A program made the position numbers and the translations under genes. A stretch of 64,000 nucleotides of DNA from a virus (taxonomy: Duplodnaviria > Heunggongvirae > Uroviricota > Caudoviricetes): the IMG/VR virus record IMGVR_UViG_3300042154_004306. One strand, 5' to 3'. Below, one piece after another: positions 39,567 through 49,972 of the stretch. Numbering within the stretch: position 1 is the first letter of the stretch; each line of letters opens with the position of its first letter. The notes under the pieces are model-generated. The model ran no database searches, was not told where the DNA came from, and saw only the letters and a list, made by a program, of their open reading frames with translations.

Positions 39567-41261
39567 ATGGCAGACATTAGTAACTCAAATACCAGCTTAC
39601 GGCTGTTCACCAATCTGAAAATAAGAGTCAGAGATATACTTGGCGAAAGCATTCAGTTCCTACAGGAAAAATTCAAACAGAGCCGATCCGTGTTTACGGC
39701 AGCTTCTCCATTCGGTCAGCTCTTGATCGTGGTAGAAAACTTAAGCCAATTGATCTTTTACTACATTGAGGATGCTGTCACCGAATTAAATATCAATGAG
39801 GCAAGTAGAGTCTCTTCGATCTACTCATTAGCGAGCCTTGCCGGCCATAATCCAAGCCGTGCGATCGGAGCGACCGGCCAAATCCGGCTGATTCGCAAGC
39901 CCAATATCAATCAGTCGGCCTCTAAAGTAATCTTGAACAACCTATTTAGAGTTAGATGTGAAAATAATGGACTGCTCTATGCAATCGAACTTGTCCAAGA
40001 AGATGTTCGGCTTGCCTTAACTGGTGCAGAGACTCCAGCAATCTTCAATATTAGACAAGGTCAAATTGAGTCACAGTCATTCACGGCCAAGGGTCAAGCC
40101 TTTGAGAGCTATCAGCTTGGAGCCCCAAACAATTTTTATATCGATAATTTCATGGTCAATGTTTACATCAATGGAGAACAATGGACCAAGTACGAGTCTC
40201 TGCTAGACATTCCTAGAAATGCAAAAGGCTTTATTGCAAAAACCGGCATAACCAACGGGCTGGACCTCTATTTCGGTAATGGTTCATTCGGTAAGATCCC
40301 GACGGTCGGTGCAACGATTGTCGTTGAGTACTTAACCACCGACGGTTCTGCAGGTAATGTTAAAACGGATGATCCAAAACAGGTACTATTTAGTTTTCTG
40401 GATACAGGCTTCTCTCCAATCGGCGAAGAGATTACAATGGCGGACTACTTTACGATCATAACCGTAAGTCCTCCAAATTTTGGTGTTGATCCGGAAGACC
40501 CGGTCCTAACCAGACTAATCGCACCAAGAGCCTCAAAGAGTTTTGCGCTCGTTAACCTAGACAATTACGAGATTCTTTTGCAAAAGTTACAAATGTTCTC
40601 AACCATTAAAGTTTTCTTGGATCAAGATGCCAGCGGTAATATCCTAGACTCAAGAATGATTAACCTGTTCCTGGTACCGGACGTATCACAGATTTTCAAT
40701 AATGGAACCGACTACTTTAACCTAGCCACCTCCAACTTCAAGTTAACCGCTTTCCAAAAGAACGAGCTATTGAAGTACATTGAGAAGTCCGGAACCAAAA
40801 TGATTTCGTCGGACCTAAAGATCGTTGATCCAAAAATCGCTAGATACGTCTTAAACGTCAGTATCATTGCATTCGATGATATTACCGCAGATATCATAAA
40901 ATCAGATATTGCTGATGCGGTCGGCAACTACTTCATTAAGTTAAAGAGACAGGATCGAGTTCCCAAGAGTGATTTGATTAGAGTAATTGAAGAGCTAAAG
41001 GGCGTTGATTCAGTAAACGTTAACATAATTGGAGAGGCGAATGAAAATGCACTAATCACGAATCCATCTTCAACCACGCTAGTTGGACTAGATGAATTTA
41101 ATGATATCGTAATTGGCCTTGATGAATTTCCGGTAATCCGAGGAGGTTGGAAAGACTCACAAGGTAATCAATACTCTGAAGGCATATCTGATACTTCACT
41201 AGGTGCCCTAAATATCCAAATCAAAGCTCAAATACCTCGTAAAAATATTGGTATCCTATGA
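39567..41261 (+). CDS. Baseplate wedge protein, T4 gp6/baseplate J-like
   Basis: ASRVSSIYSLASLAGHNPSR, LYFGNGSFGKIP..G..IVVEYLTTDGSAGN and ALVNLDNYE. ATAAATAA at 39537-39544. Confidence 0.8.
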   Translation: MADISNSNTSLRLFTNLKIRVRDILGESIQFLQEKFKQSRSVFTAASPFGQLLIVVENLSQLIFYYIEDAVTELNINEASRVSSIYSLASLAGHNPSRAIGATGQIRLIRKPNINQSASKVILNNLFRVRCENNGLLYAIELVQEDVRLALTGAETPAIFNIRQGQIESQSFTAKGQAFESYQLGAPNNFYIDNFMVNVYINGEQWTKYESLLDIPRNAKGFIAKTGITNGLDLYFGNGSFGKIPTVGATIVVEYLTTDGSAGNVKTDDPKQVLFSFLDTGFSPIGEEITMADYFTIITVSPPNFGVDPEDPVLTRLIAPRASKSFALVNLDNYEILLQKLQMFSTIKVFLDQDASGNILDSRMINLFLVPDVSQIFNNGTDYFNLATSNFKLTAFQKNELLKYIEKSGTKMISSDLKIVDPKIARYVLNVSIIAFDDITADIIKSDIADAVGNYFIKLKRQDRVPKSDLIRVIEELKGVDSVNVNIIGEANENALITNPSSTTLVGLDEFNDIVIGLDEFPVIRGGWKDSQGNQYSEGISDTSLGALNIQIKAQIPRKNIGIL

Positions 41262-41503
41262 TAAGAAACTCTTTATACCAAGTTGTGTACAATAGAAAAG
41301 ACAAGCGCCTTCACCTAGGGTACAGGTACAAGAATGCCCTAATGAAAAGGATCCTGTCTAACCAGATGTTTGGAGCAAATCCGATTTTGGACGCTTTCAT
41401 TGCCTATCTAGAAGCCTATCTGTATGAGCATATCGAAGCAGTTAAGCAAATAAAGATTTTTGCAAATCCTGCACTGGACAAAAACGAAAACAGACTCAAC
41501 TAA
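41258..41503 (+). CDS. Small hypothetical protein, possibly baseplate-associated
   Basis: ATGA overlap with the wedge gene. Confidence 0.55.
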   Translation: MIRNSLYQVVYNRKDKRLHLGYRYKNALMKRILSNQMFGANPILDAFIAYLEAYLYEHIEAVKQIKIFANPALDKNENRLN

Positions 41504-41507
41504 TTCC

Positions 41508-42248
41508 ATGAGTGGAGTATTCACAAAAGAAAAAAAGGCACAAATCAAAAGTGAGCTTGAGGATCTGCTGAAAAATTATTCAGGAGGACCTACTCCAGAA
41601 GAGGACAATATTGATGAACAGCTTGCTGAGATCGCTGCTGCTCCCCCGTTAGACTTCATTGAAATGAATTCCGAATTTGAGAAAAAGGCCAGGGACATAA
41701 CCGGCTCAATGCTCAAATTCTATGTTGATCTTGGCGTCATCGAAAAGCACGACTATATCAAACAAAAACAGATGCTTGATAACTCAAGCATTCAAAATAT
41801 TTTCTTTCAGCTAAAAACAATCCGAATGGCAATTGAAAAAATTGCAGAGGAGATAAACCAAGGCAATACTCATCCCAGACTATTTGAGGTATTTGGGCAA
41901 CTACAAGATAAATTAACAACGGTCGTTAAGACTCAAGCGAATTACATGCTATTCCTAGAGGATACCTATCGTAAGATGAATCAGGAAATCACTCAACGCG
42001 ACACAAATCCAGAATCATCTCAACGAGCCCTACCGACGAGCACAACCGATTATTACATAACAGCCGGCACAAAAAATCTAATGAAAGAGATTGACGCAAT
42101 CGAGGTTGAGGAGGACTTGTCTGACACCAGACACTTAACTCACCCATCCAAAAAAGTAGAAGTTATGGTTGCACGCGGAATTTCAAACGCTGTGATACAA
42201 GATGATGATACAACCGACTTCTTAGATGACGTTAACTCATTAATATGA
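41508..42248 (+). CDS. Probable terminase small subunit (T4 gp16-like)
   Basis: HPRLFEVFGQL motif; directly upstream of and overlapping terL. ATG 41508 preferred over TTG 41460. Confidence 0.65.
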   Translation: MSGVFTKEKKAQIKSELEDLLKNYSGGPTPEEDNIDEQLAEIAAAPPLDFIEMNSEFEKKARDITGSMLKFYVDLGVIEKHDYIKQKQMLDNSSIQNIFFQLKTIRMAIEKIAEEINQGNTHPRLFEVFGQLQDKLTTVVKTQANYMLFLEDTYRKMNQEITQRDTNPESSQRALPTSTTDYYITAGTKNLMKEIDAIEVEEDLSDTRHLTHPSKKVEVMVARGISNAVIQDDDTTDFLDDVNSLI

Positions 42249-44197
42249 GAGACTTTATAGCAAACAGCGGAGGTCGAACCCAAATGAAACTCTCCAATCT
42301 AGATCAGGAGAACAGTGCAATTTGGACGACAGAGAAGGTTCAAAAACTTCTCGATGACTTTGAGAATGGTATGATTGATATTAAGACCATTAAAAACTCG
42401 CCATTCAAAGATAATGACCCAGTGTGGAAGAAGGCAAATATCGTTTTCGAGTACACACCGGAAGAGCTTGAAGAGATTAAGCGTTGCAAGCACGATCCCG
42501 TTTACTTCGCGTCAAACTACGCTCAAGTAATGACAGAGGATGGAATCCAACAAATCACACTAAGAGATTACCAAGAAGAGATTATCAGGTCTTTCAAGAA
42601 TAGCCGATTCAATTGCCTAATGGCATCACGACAGATTGGTAAGACCGTAATGTCAGGAGTGTTCATTGCATGGTACCTGATATTCCATACTGATAAAAAC
42701 GTATTAGCGGTTGCTAACGTTGCCTCAACCACTAAAGAGGTATTGGACAAGATCAAATCGGTGTTGGAGAACCTACCGTTCTTTCTTAAACCGGGTTGCA
42801 TTTCAAATAACGTAATGTCGCTTAAGTTCGATAACGGCTGTCGTTTAATTGGTCGTACCACCACCAAAAATACCGGTATCGGTTTTACGATTCACGTACT
42901 GTACATTGATGAGTTCGCTCACATTAACCCATCTTACCTAGACTTCTTTTATCGAGCGATCTATCCTACTATTTCAGCCTCGACCAATTCAAAGGTAATC
43001 ATAACCTCAACCCCGAATGGAATGAACCGATTCTATGATATCTACATGGATGCAATCAACAGCCTAAATACATACGTGCCGTTGAGAGTTGACTGGTGGC
43101 AGGTTCCAGGCAGAGATGAGGAATGGAAGAAGATGACGATTGCCAACTTAGGTTCTGAGGAAGACTTTAATCAGGAATATGGACTTCAGTTCTTTTCATC
43201 AGATAAGTTACTGCTGCCTTCAAAAGACTTAAAAAAGGTCTTTTCATTCCGCACTACATACGAGGTCCCAGAATGGGCTCAAACTCCAGAGAATTTAGAC
43301 CTATTAGCCGGCCTAGTAGTTCATCCAAACTTCAACAAATTCACACCTGATGATATTAAAAACGATGGCAACACTTACGTATTCTCAATAGATACCGCAT
43401 CAGGCGTTGGCCGTGACTATTCGGTCATTAATATTTTTAAATTCACAGCTTTACCCCTTAAGATGCTAGAACAAGTGAAAGACTTCATCAAGAATGAGGG
43501 AGACTTTTTTGGACTTGTTCAGGTCGCTTCTTTTAGAAGCAATACAAAGGATATCAACGAGTTCAGCAATGTTCTTGAGTACTTGACGTATAAAGTGTTC
43601 AATCCAGAAAAAGTTAGGCTCTTAATTGAGCTTGACCATAAGGGCGATTATGTAATGGACAAAATTCAACAGAATGAGCTCTTTTGGCCCGGTCAATTAA
43701 TACATTCAAAACACATGACCTCTTCTACTAATTGGAAGCCTGGATTAAAGATGACTGAGTCTAATAAGACTAAGTATTGCGAGCGCTTCAAGTACTTGAC
43801 GGCAGTTAATAAAATTCTGCCTAATGAGTTTAAAACTGTGCATGAGCTTGGATCTTTCGGTAAAGCAGGTAACGGTACATATCGAAGTCAAAACGGCAAT
43901 GATGATTTGGCAATGACATGCGTATCAACCGCGGCCTTTTTTGAATCACCTAATTTTTGGGAGATAGTAAATGACGAATTGGATAGACTTGAATCAGAGT
44001 ACCTTCAAAAAGTCTATGCTCAGTTCCTGGGAGAGGCATACGTTGGCCATGATTTAGGATACAACCATGAAACGCTAAGAGACCTAAATCGTACGCCGGA
44101 AATAAAAAGGCCTGGAGCAACAAAACGATTCGACGAAAATGCGGTTGATGAGTACAAGAGACTACTTGGCCATTTTTACGGAAACAATACTCAATAA
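42245..44197 (+). CDS. terL: Terminase large subunit (T4 gp17-like)
   Basis: LRDYQ adenine motif, ASRQIGKT Walker A, LYIDEFAH Walker B, ITSTPNG, nuclease SIDTASG..DYS and NDDLAM. Confidence 0.95.
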   Translation: MRDFIANSGGRTQMKLSNLDQENSAIWTTEKVQKLLDDFENGMIDIKTIKNSPFKDNDPVWKKANIVFEYTPEELEEIKRCKHDPVYFASNYAQVMTEDGIQQITLRDYQEEIIRSFKNSRFNCLMASRQIGKTVMSGVFIAWYLIFHTDKNVLAVANVASTTKEVLDKIKSVLENLPFFLKPGCISNNVMSLKFDNGCRLIGRTTTKNTGIGFTIHVLYIDEFAHINPSYLDFFYRAIYPTISASTNSKVIITSTPNGMNRFYDIYMDAINSLNTYVPLRVDWWQVPGRDEEWKKMTIANLGSEEDFNQEYGLQFFSSDKLLLPSKDLKKVFSFRTTYEVPEWAQTPENLDLLAGLVVHPNFNKFTPDDIKNDGNTYVFSIDTASGVGRDYSVINIFKFTALPLKMLEQVKDFIKNEGDFFGLVQVASFRSNTKDINEFSNVLEYLTYKVFNPEKVRLLIELDHKGDYVMDKIQQNELFWPGQLIHSKHMTSSTNWKPGLKMTESNKTKYCERFKYLTAVNKILPNEFKTVHELGSFGKAGNGTYRSQNGNDDLAMTCVSTAAFFESPNFWEIVNDELDRLESEYLQKVYAQFLGEAYVGHDLGYNHETLRDLNRTPEIKRPGATKRFDENAVDEYKRLLGHFYGNNTQ

Positions 44198-44203
44198 AAT
44201 TCT

Positions 44204-44515
44204 ATGAAAACTGACGAATTACTAGATTTCGATTACGAAAAAAATAAAAAGGAGATCTTCGATAAGATTGTAAAATCAATCACTTCAGCCATGAAAAAGA
44301 AGTCTCATCAAATTTACATCAAAAAGTTGATGATAGTCGACGAAGAAATTGATGTAGTTGCGAGCCAAGCGGATTGGCCTATTTGCCTCGACAAAGCAAT
44401 TAATTTCTATAAGCAGATTGAAGACTATGAGTCTTGTGCGAACTGCCGAAATTTACTATCCAAAATCAATGAACCCTCTAAAAAAACAAAATCAAATGCC
44501 AGAAAAACAAGTTAA
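44204..44515 (+). CDS. Small hypothetical protein with a UVR-like (EDYExCA) helical motif
   Basis: ORF track; IEDYESCA. Confidence 0.6.
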   Translation: MKTDELLDFDYEKNKKEIFDKIVKSITSAMKKKSHQIYIKKLMIVDEEIDVVASQADWPICLDKAINFYKQIEDYESCANCRNLLSKINEPSKKTKSNARKTS

Positions 44516-45212
44516 GAGAAAAGCCCAAACTCCAAAATTGGAGGTCACAGAAAAGGATTTACGCAACGTTAATCTTAAACCTTCACAGGAGAGTTACTGT
44601 CAAAAGATCATGACCAATGACATAACCTTTTGCTACGGCCCAGCCGGTACAAGTAAAACATTCACCGCGTGTCTAGCTGCTCTAAAGTTATACATGTCAG
44701 GAAAAATCAAAAAGATCATTTTATCAAAGCCCATTCAAGAGTCTGGCGAAAAACTTGGATTCTTACCTGGTGAAATTAAGGATAAAATCGATCCTTTTAT
44801 GGAAAGTTATCGTTCAAATTTGGTAAAATTATTACATGATCCAAATAGTGTTGGTTGGCTTGAAGCAATGGGAGTTATTGAGTTTAGACCTCTTGCCTAC
44901 ATGAGAGGAGCAACTTTTGATAATTGCTTGATGATTCTAGATGAAGCTCAAAATGCTGATTTTAAACAGCTAATGTTGTTCATAACTCGTATGGGGAAGG
45001 ACTCTAAGGTGTTAATTTGCGGAGATGTTAGCCAGTATGACATCGCAAAGAGTAAAGTAGCTTTACCGGAATTCATTAAATTGTTGGAAGGAATCAATAA
45101 CTTAGGCATTCATACCTTTAAGGATGAGGACATTGTAAGAAATAAAATCCTTATCCAAATTACTGAGCGCTACGAAAAATGGAAATCTGAAAACCCTAAA
45201 CACTTTAACTAA
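44496..45212 (+). CDS. phoH: PhoH-family ATPase
   Basis: GPAGTSKT, LGFLPG, LAYMRGATF, ILDEAQN and GDVSQYD. ATG 44496 preferred as start. Confidence 0.92.
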   Translation: MPEKQVKRKAQTPKLEVTEKDLRNVNLKPSQESYCQKIMTNDITFCYGPAGTSKTFTACLAALKLYMSGKIKKIILSKPIQESGEKLGFLPGEIKDKIDPFMESYRSNLVKLLHDPNSVGWLEAMGVIEFRPLAYMRGATFDNCLMILDEAQNADFKQLMLFITRMGKDSKVLICGDVSQYDIAKSKVALPEFIKLLEGINNLGIHTFKDEDIVRNKILIQITERYEKWKSENPKHFN

Positions 45213-45222
45213 CAATATATTA

Positions 45223-45849
45223 ATGAGCGCTTACGACCTAATTAACAAACACTTAAACGACGAAATGCAAAGCCTTGCCGAACTAATAAAGAGCGGCAAC
45301 TACACAGAACGGGATAGAAATAGGATAGCCTCAATCATGTATCCGAAATTAAAGTTCTTCATTTGGAAATTCTTTAATGACCCTGATGAAACTGAAGAAG
45401 TTCTTCATAATACTCTGTTTAAGATATTTAAGGGACTTACTTCATATAGCAATTCCTATCGATTCACAACTTGGATTTACACGATTGCTAAGAACGAAGC
45501 TCTATTACACCAACATAAGCTAAAGGTTCAATTCGCTCAGAGTCTTGATAACTTAACAAAACCTTTGAATATACCGGATGACTCTCTTTACACATTTCAC
45601 AGAGAAATTTACATGGATGATTTGTACGGTATGACTCAAACCGAACTTACTGGCCTACCGGACTGTATTGAAAAGTCGATTTTAATAGACAAAGAGATGC
45701 ATCACATGAGAGGCAATGAAATTGCTAAAAAGTACGATATGAATCTAAATACGGTTAAAACCAAGATTAGAAAGGCTCGTAAAATGCTAAGAGAAGCAGT
45801 GTTGGAAAAGAATCCAGAAATGATTGACCGATTAAAAGAATACTTTTAA
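45223..45849 (+). CDS. Sigma-70/ECF-type RNA polymerase sigma factor
   Basis: Region 2 FTTWIYTIAKN and region 4 EIAKKYDMNLNTVKTKIRKARKML. Confidence 0.88.
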   Translation: MSAYDLINKHLNDEMQSLAELIKSGNYTERDRNRIASIMYPKLKFFIWKFFNDPDETEEVLHNTLFKIFKGLTSYSNSYRFTTWIYTIAKNEALLHQHKLKVQFAQSLDNLTKPLNIPDDSLYTFHREIYMDDLYGMTQTELTGLPDCIEKSILIDKEMHHMRGNEIAKKYDMNLNTVKTKIRKARKMLREAVLEKNPEMIDRLKEYF

Positions 45850-45851
45850 AT

Positions 45852-46358
45852 ATGGGACTACTAAATTTAATTAATCCAATTGAAGAGATCAATTCAATAA
45901 GAACAATAGTAAAGGACATTACGAATTACCTATTCTATCGCAAACAAATCAAAGCCATCGACTCGGCCGGTATTTTCAAGACTAAACGAATGCGAACCGA
46001 TTGGTTCAGTAGAGTTTATTACGTTGTTAATTTAGAGCCTGAGCTCCAGTTAGCAACTGGCGATCTAATTGACCTTGAGAAGAGCAGAGTGTTTGAATCA
46101 GTTTCTAAAGTCCAAGGAATTTTTGCGGACCGTAATCTAATAGAGATAATTGATGTTTCGTCCAAGCGAATAAAGGACGATAATTACTACGCGTATTTAG
46201 TCACTATTAAATATCGAGCGGAAACCGTCTTTTCTGATATTGTTCGAGCCGTGATATTAGGACTTCTATTATACAGCTTAGTTCACCTGGGATTTTGGGT
46301 AGGTGAAAATTGGGAATTTGTGAAAGCCTCGGCTATTAATAAACTCAACAGTAAGTAA
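45852..46358 (+). CDS. Hypothetical membrane protein (C-terminal TM helix)
   Basis: Hydrophobic AVILGLLLYSLVHLGFWV segment. Confidence 0.6.
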   Translation: MGLLNLINPIEEINSIRTIVKDITNYLFYRKQIKAIDSAGIFKTKRMRTDWFSRVYYVVNLEPELQLATGDLIDLEKSRVFESVSKVQGIFADRNLIEIIDVSSKRIKDDNYYAYLVTIKYRAETVFSDIVRAVILGLLLYSLVHLGFWVGENWEFVKASAINKLNSK

Positions 46359-46386
46359 ATAAATAACTAAAAATATTTCACAATTT

Positions 46387-46686
46387 ATGAAATTCATTAA
46401 ACTTCATTTTGAAAAAATTGTTTTGGGTTTACTATTGGTAATCTTTATTCAACAGTGCAGCACATCAAACCGAGTTAACAAGATTGAAAAGCAGGCAAAA
46501 GTAATGAATCAAAGAATCGATTCAGTATACACATCAGATCTACGAAAGATGATTGAGATCGAAGGATTACGTGCATCAAAGCGTACGCTATACGATTGGA
46601 ATGCAGTCGTTAGATCAGCAGTTCGTCCTGACGATCGTATGCATGAGTATGATTCTCAAATTGAAAAAATACAGAAGTCTAAATAA
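46387..46686 (+). CDS. Membrane-anchored/lipoprotein-like coiled-coil protein (possible lysis accessory)
   Basis: N-terminal hydrophobic helix ending in QQC. ATAAATAA at 46359-46366. Confidence 0.55.
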   Translation: MKFIKLHFEKIVLGLLLVIFIQQCSTSNRVNKIEKQAKVMNQRIDSVYTSDLRKMIEIEGLRASKRTLYDWNAVVRSAVRPDDRMHEYDSQIEKIQKSK

Positions 46687-47387
46687 TGACAAAGAAGGCA
46701 ACTCACGTATTCATAATAAGTACGTTTGTTACTCTATACCTACTGGTTTCGATCATTTCAACGATTCACGTTATTGATTTCTTTTTAATGTCGAATCCGA
46801 AATGGTTAGCAGTTAGTCTAGCTATTGCATTTGAAGTTGGAGCAGCGGCTTCGCTAGCCTCAATCATTACCCTCGATAAAATGAATAAGGGTATTGTTTG
46901 GGGACTCTTTATTTTACTGACCGTGATGCAGGCAATGGGTAACACCTATTACACATACGTTCACTTAATCAATTTTCAGGGTTGGATTGAACTATTTGGA
47001 CTAGTAGATGAGGAACTAATTTATCAAAAACGAGTTCTATCAATCGTTAGTGGAGCGATTCTACCGATTGTTGCATTAGGCTTCATTAAATCATTGGTCG
47101 ACTATATTAAGCCAGCAGATGAACCCGTAAATGATATTGCAATTGAAACGCCTGAACCTGAAAAAGAAGTTCCATACGTTAGCGATGATTTTCAAATAGG
47201 ACCGGACGGCGCGTATGAGCATGTTGATGAACCAGTTGAAGATTTTTCCGAAACTCAGCCTGAGGTTGAGCATTCTGTTGAAATTACAACTGAACCTGAG
47301 GTAGATAATAATAACATACGCCAATCTCGATTGTCAGATGATGCTCTAGCTCGAGGAGCAAGAATATCATTTAGTGATAGGATTTAA
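46686..47387 (+). CDS. Multi-pass membrane protein with an acidic C-terminal tail
   Basis: About four hydrophobic helices followed by an E/D/P-rich tail. Confidence 0.6.
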   Translation: MTKKATHVFIISTFVTLYLLVSIISTIHVIDFFLMSNPKWLAVSLAIAFEVGAAASLASIITLDKMNKGIVWGLFILLTVMQAMGNTYYTYVHLINFQGWIELFGLVDEELIYQKRVLSIVSGAILPIVALGFIKSLVDYIKPADEPVNDIAIETPEPEKEVPYVSDDFQIGPDGAYEHVDEPVEDFSETQPEVEHSVEITTEPEVDNNNIRQSRLSDDALARGARISFSDRI

Positions 47388-47403
47388 AAATAGTCTACTT
47401 TAA

Positions 47404-48111
47404 ATGCCATACATTAATTTCCAAGATGATCCGATTCCACAAAGAGTAAACAACTCATTTGCGAATCTATGTTCGTCTGATCCAAGTAAAAAAGTTCTAA
47501 AGATATTAGACAAGTGTTTCATTATCATAAATAATGGAAAAACTGAGGCTAAATTTTGCGATCTTGAAAAACTTTTATATCCAGTAGACGGACACCTACT
47601 TATCGATTTTGAAGTTTGTGCAGAAGAGAGGCTATCGGTATACGATAACTCATTAGAGGATATTTTATCAAGCAGCCCATCCGGTGCATCCGTATACTAT
47701 CCATTAGGCTTAGGCACTGAGTACATGATCCCAGCCGGATACACAGGACCTTCATCATCTCCTTCATCTAGCCCATCGTCAACCCCATACTATTTCATTC
47801 TACCAGTGGACCGCAATTACGTTAGAGGTTGTATTGTATACATCGACTATCCTGTACTAGATAAGAACGGTTCGGACGTTTTACCTGCAGACCAATCATG
47901 TGAAATTAAGCTGGTTGACCAAGACCTAAACGAGTCAACTCACCCAGTAGGCAATTTCTTTTCTCACTTAGGTAATCCAATGACGCGTAATGCCAATAAG
48001 CTAATAAATAAGATAGAGATATACAACCCAAATCCTAATTTTAGCGTTAAGGTGAGAGGTATGGTAATCTATGTAAAGGGCAATCCGGATCCAAATAACT
48101 GTGCTTGCTAA
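47404..48111 (+). CDS. Hypothetical protein
   Basis: ORF track; internal PSSS linker. Confidence 0.55.
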   Translation: MPYINFQDDPIPQRVNNSFANLCSSDPSKKVLKILDKCFIIINNGKTEAKFCDLEKLLYPVDGHLLIDFEVCAEERLSVYDNSLEDILSSSPSGASVYYPLGLGTEYMIPAGYTGPSSSPSSSPSSTPYYFILPVDRNYVRGCIVYIDYPVLDKNGSDVLPADQSCEIKLVDQDLNESTHPVGNFFSHLGNPMTRNANKLINKIEIYNPNPNFSVKVRGMVIYVKGNPDPNNCAC

Positions 48112-48126
48112 AAAATTTAAAAAGAA

Positions 48127-48462
48127 ATGAATCATTCATCAGTTGCAAAACTTTTAAAAACTCACACTGACTCAAACAATTCAATGAATTACACACCAAC
48201 TTTCGTGAATGGGTCTTCTCGTGAAATTAATGCCAATGATACCGGTATAGGTTACTACACCGACACTTGGTACGGCATCCATAATCCAAGCGGGTCAGCT
48301 ATTTCAGTAACAGTCAAGACTGCCGACCAGGGTACTGCTGGCACAGGTGCAGTCGTTAGAATTAATGCGGGTGAGACTTTCTATGCAGTTATTTCAACTA
48401 TTACTGTTGGCTCTGGAGTAACAGTCGTTCTATTAGGTATTCCAACAACATTTAGTAGATAA
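48127..48462 (+). CDS. Small beta-rich hypothetical protein, probably virion
   Basis: ORF track; ATAAATAA at 48004-48011. Confidence 0.55.
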   Translation: MNHSSVAKLLKTHTDSNNSMNYTPTFVNGSSREINANDTGIGYYTDTWYGIHNPSGSAISVTVKTADQGTAGTGAVVRINAGETFYAVISTITVGSGVTVVLLGIPTTFSR

Positions 48463-48914
48463 TGGGACCAGTACTTACATTTGGACAAAGACAACAGGCG
48501 CTAAAGGGATTGCCTTTCTACGGAAAGAGCGATTTTAACTTTGTTGCGTCCAGAAGTAATTTCTCAGGAGGTATCGCAATTAAGGTACTTCCACTATCTG
48601 ATCTTTCTAGAGCTCAAACCGTTAATATTGATGATTTTGATAGAGAAATTAAGCACTTAAACCAAGCCTTCAAAACTGGTTCCAGAATAAGCGGAATCAC
48701 GGTTAATTCTCCATTCACAGGTAAAAAGGGAGAAGGTGAATCGGTCATAGGTAAATTTGAAAGTTTTAAAATCGATAAGCCTAACCAGACAATCCGAGCG
48801 TTCATTAGAGATCCAAAATCAATGAAGCTAGTTGAAGTTTACCCTGAAACACTGACTCGTCTTACGGAGTCTACTTCCCATGTAGCGAAAACCTTCCTGG
48901 ATTTCGTGATATAA
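48462..48914 (+). CDS. Hypothetical protein
   Basis: ORF track; ends in LTE...KTFLDF. Confidence 0.55.
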   Translation: MGPVLTFGQRQQALKGLPFYGKSDFNFVASRSNFSGGIAIKVLPLSDLSRAQTVNIDDFDREIKHLNQAFKTGSRISGITVNSPFTGKKGEGESVIGKFESFKIDKPNQTIRAFIRDPKSMKLVEVYPETLTRLTESTSHVAKTFLDFVI

Positions 48915-48915
48915 T
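48889..48915 (+). promoter_or_regulatory. Putative AAAC-N17-TATAAT promoter
   Basis: Exact spacing match; 19 nt upstream of ATG 48935. Confidence 0.6.
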
Positions 48916-48934
48916 CTTAAAAGAACAAATACTT

Positions 48935-49972
48935 ATGGCAATAGAACAAGAGAAGGATCTTGGCGGAGAAGAAGAAATATCTTCATTTCTCGAGCAAGAG
49001 GACTCAAAGTACGGCAAAAATTCAAACGATACAGCTAAGTCGGTTGAAGCTGAGAAACTGCTACCTAAAACTAATTTAGGAACTGCCCGATCAGTTCAAA
49101 TCGCAGAAGAGTCTTCGATTTCTGGTGCAAACGATGGATACTGGAAGAACGTGCCTCTTGAGAATTTACCATCAGGCGGATTATTTTACGCAGAAGGTTC
49201 AGAATTAACGATTAGAGCAGCAACCGTTTCCGAAATAAGACACTGGTCAACCATTGACGAGGATGATGTTCTTGACATAGACGATAAGTTGAATTTCATA
49301 ATTGAAAAGTGTACTCGATTTAAAGTCAAAGGCGGTCAGTCCTGGTTAACTTGGAGAGATATTTTAGAGATCGATAGGTTATACGTAATCTTTTTGATTC
49401 ATGAAATAAGCTTTCCAGACGGTCAGAACGAACTTTTCGTTAAGTTACAGTGTACTGAAACTTGTTCAGAAGAAGGTAAGTTCAACGACGAGGTCAAGGT
49501 TAAGAGCGGAATGCTTCAATTTTTCGAATTTCCATCTGAACTTGAGCCATGGTATTCGGCTGAGTATCGCTGCTTTGAAGTAGTTTCGCAAAAGTTAAAT
49601 GAAACGTTCTATTTGTACATGCCGACAATCGGCGTAATCGAAAGACTACGTAAACGCATAGCTGAGGCAAAGACTCTAAATCGATCAATCGATAAGTCTT
49701 TTATAAAGATTGCACCGTACATCATTCAAGATTGGACCAAGTTTGGTCAGCAAGAATATGCAGCACTACAATCCGAAACTTTAGGTTGGCATATTAATAA
49801 GTTCACATTCATTACCAAATTCGTTGATCAGGTACAAGCCTCACGAGATAATTCAGTGACGGCTCAATGCCCTAAGTGTGGAGCAAAATTGACGTCATCA
49901 ATTTTTTCGTCAAACAGCTTCACTGTCAAAGATCTTTTCCTTATTTCAGGTAGACTTGACCAACTTATTTGA
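48935..49972 (+). CDS. Baseplate hub assembly protein, T4 gp26-like
   Basis: LPSGGLFY, IRAATV, DRLYVIFLI and C-terminal CPKCG. Confidence 0.7.
   Translation: MAIEQEKDLGGEEEISSFLEQEDSKYGKNSNDTAKSVEAEKLLPKTNLGTARSVQIAEESSISGANDGYWKNVPLENLPSGGLFYAEGSELTIRAATVSEIRHWSTIDEDDVLDIDDKLNFIIEKCTRFKVKGGQSWLTWRDILEIDRLYVIFLIHEISFPDGQNELFVKLQCTETCSEEGKFNDEVKVKSGMLQFFEFPSELEPWYSAEYRCFEVVSQKLNETFYLYMPTIGVIERLRKRIAEAKTLNRSIDKSFIKIAPYIIQDWTKFGQQEYAALQSETLGWHINKFTFITKFVDQVQASRDNSVTAQCPKCGAKLTSSIFSSNSFTVKDLFLISGRLDQLI

Noticed and set aside
42245-44197. Intein or intron in the terminase
   Set aside because: Motifs are contiguous at normal spacing; no C...HN intein ends or frame break seen.
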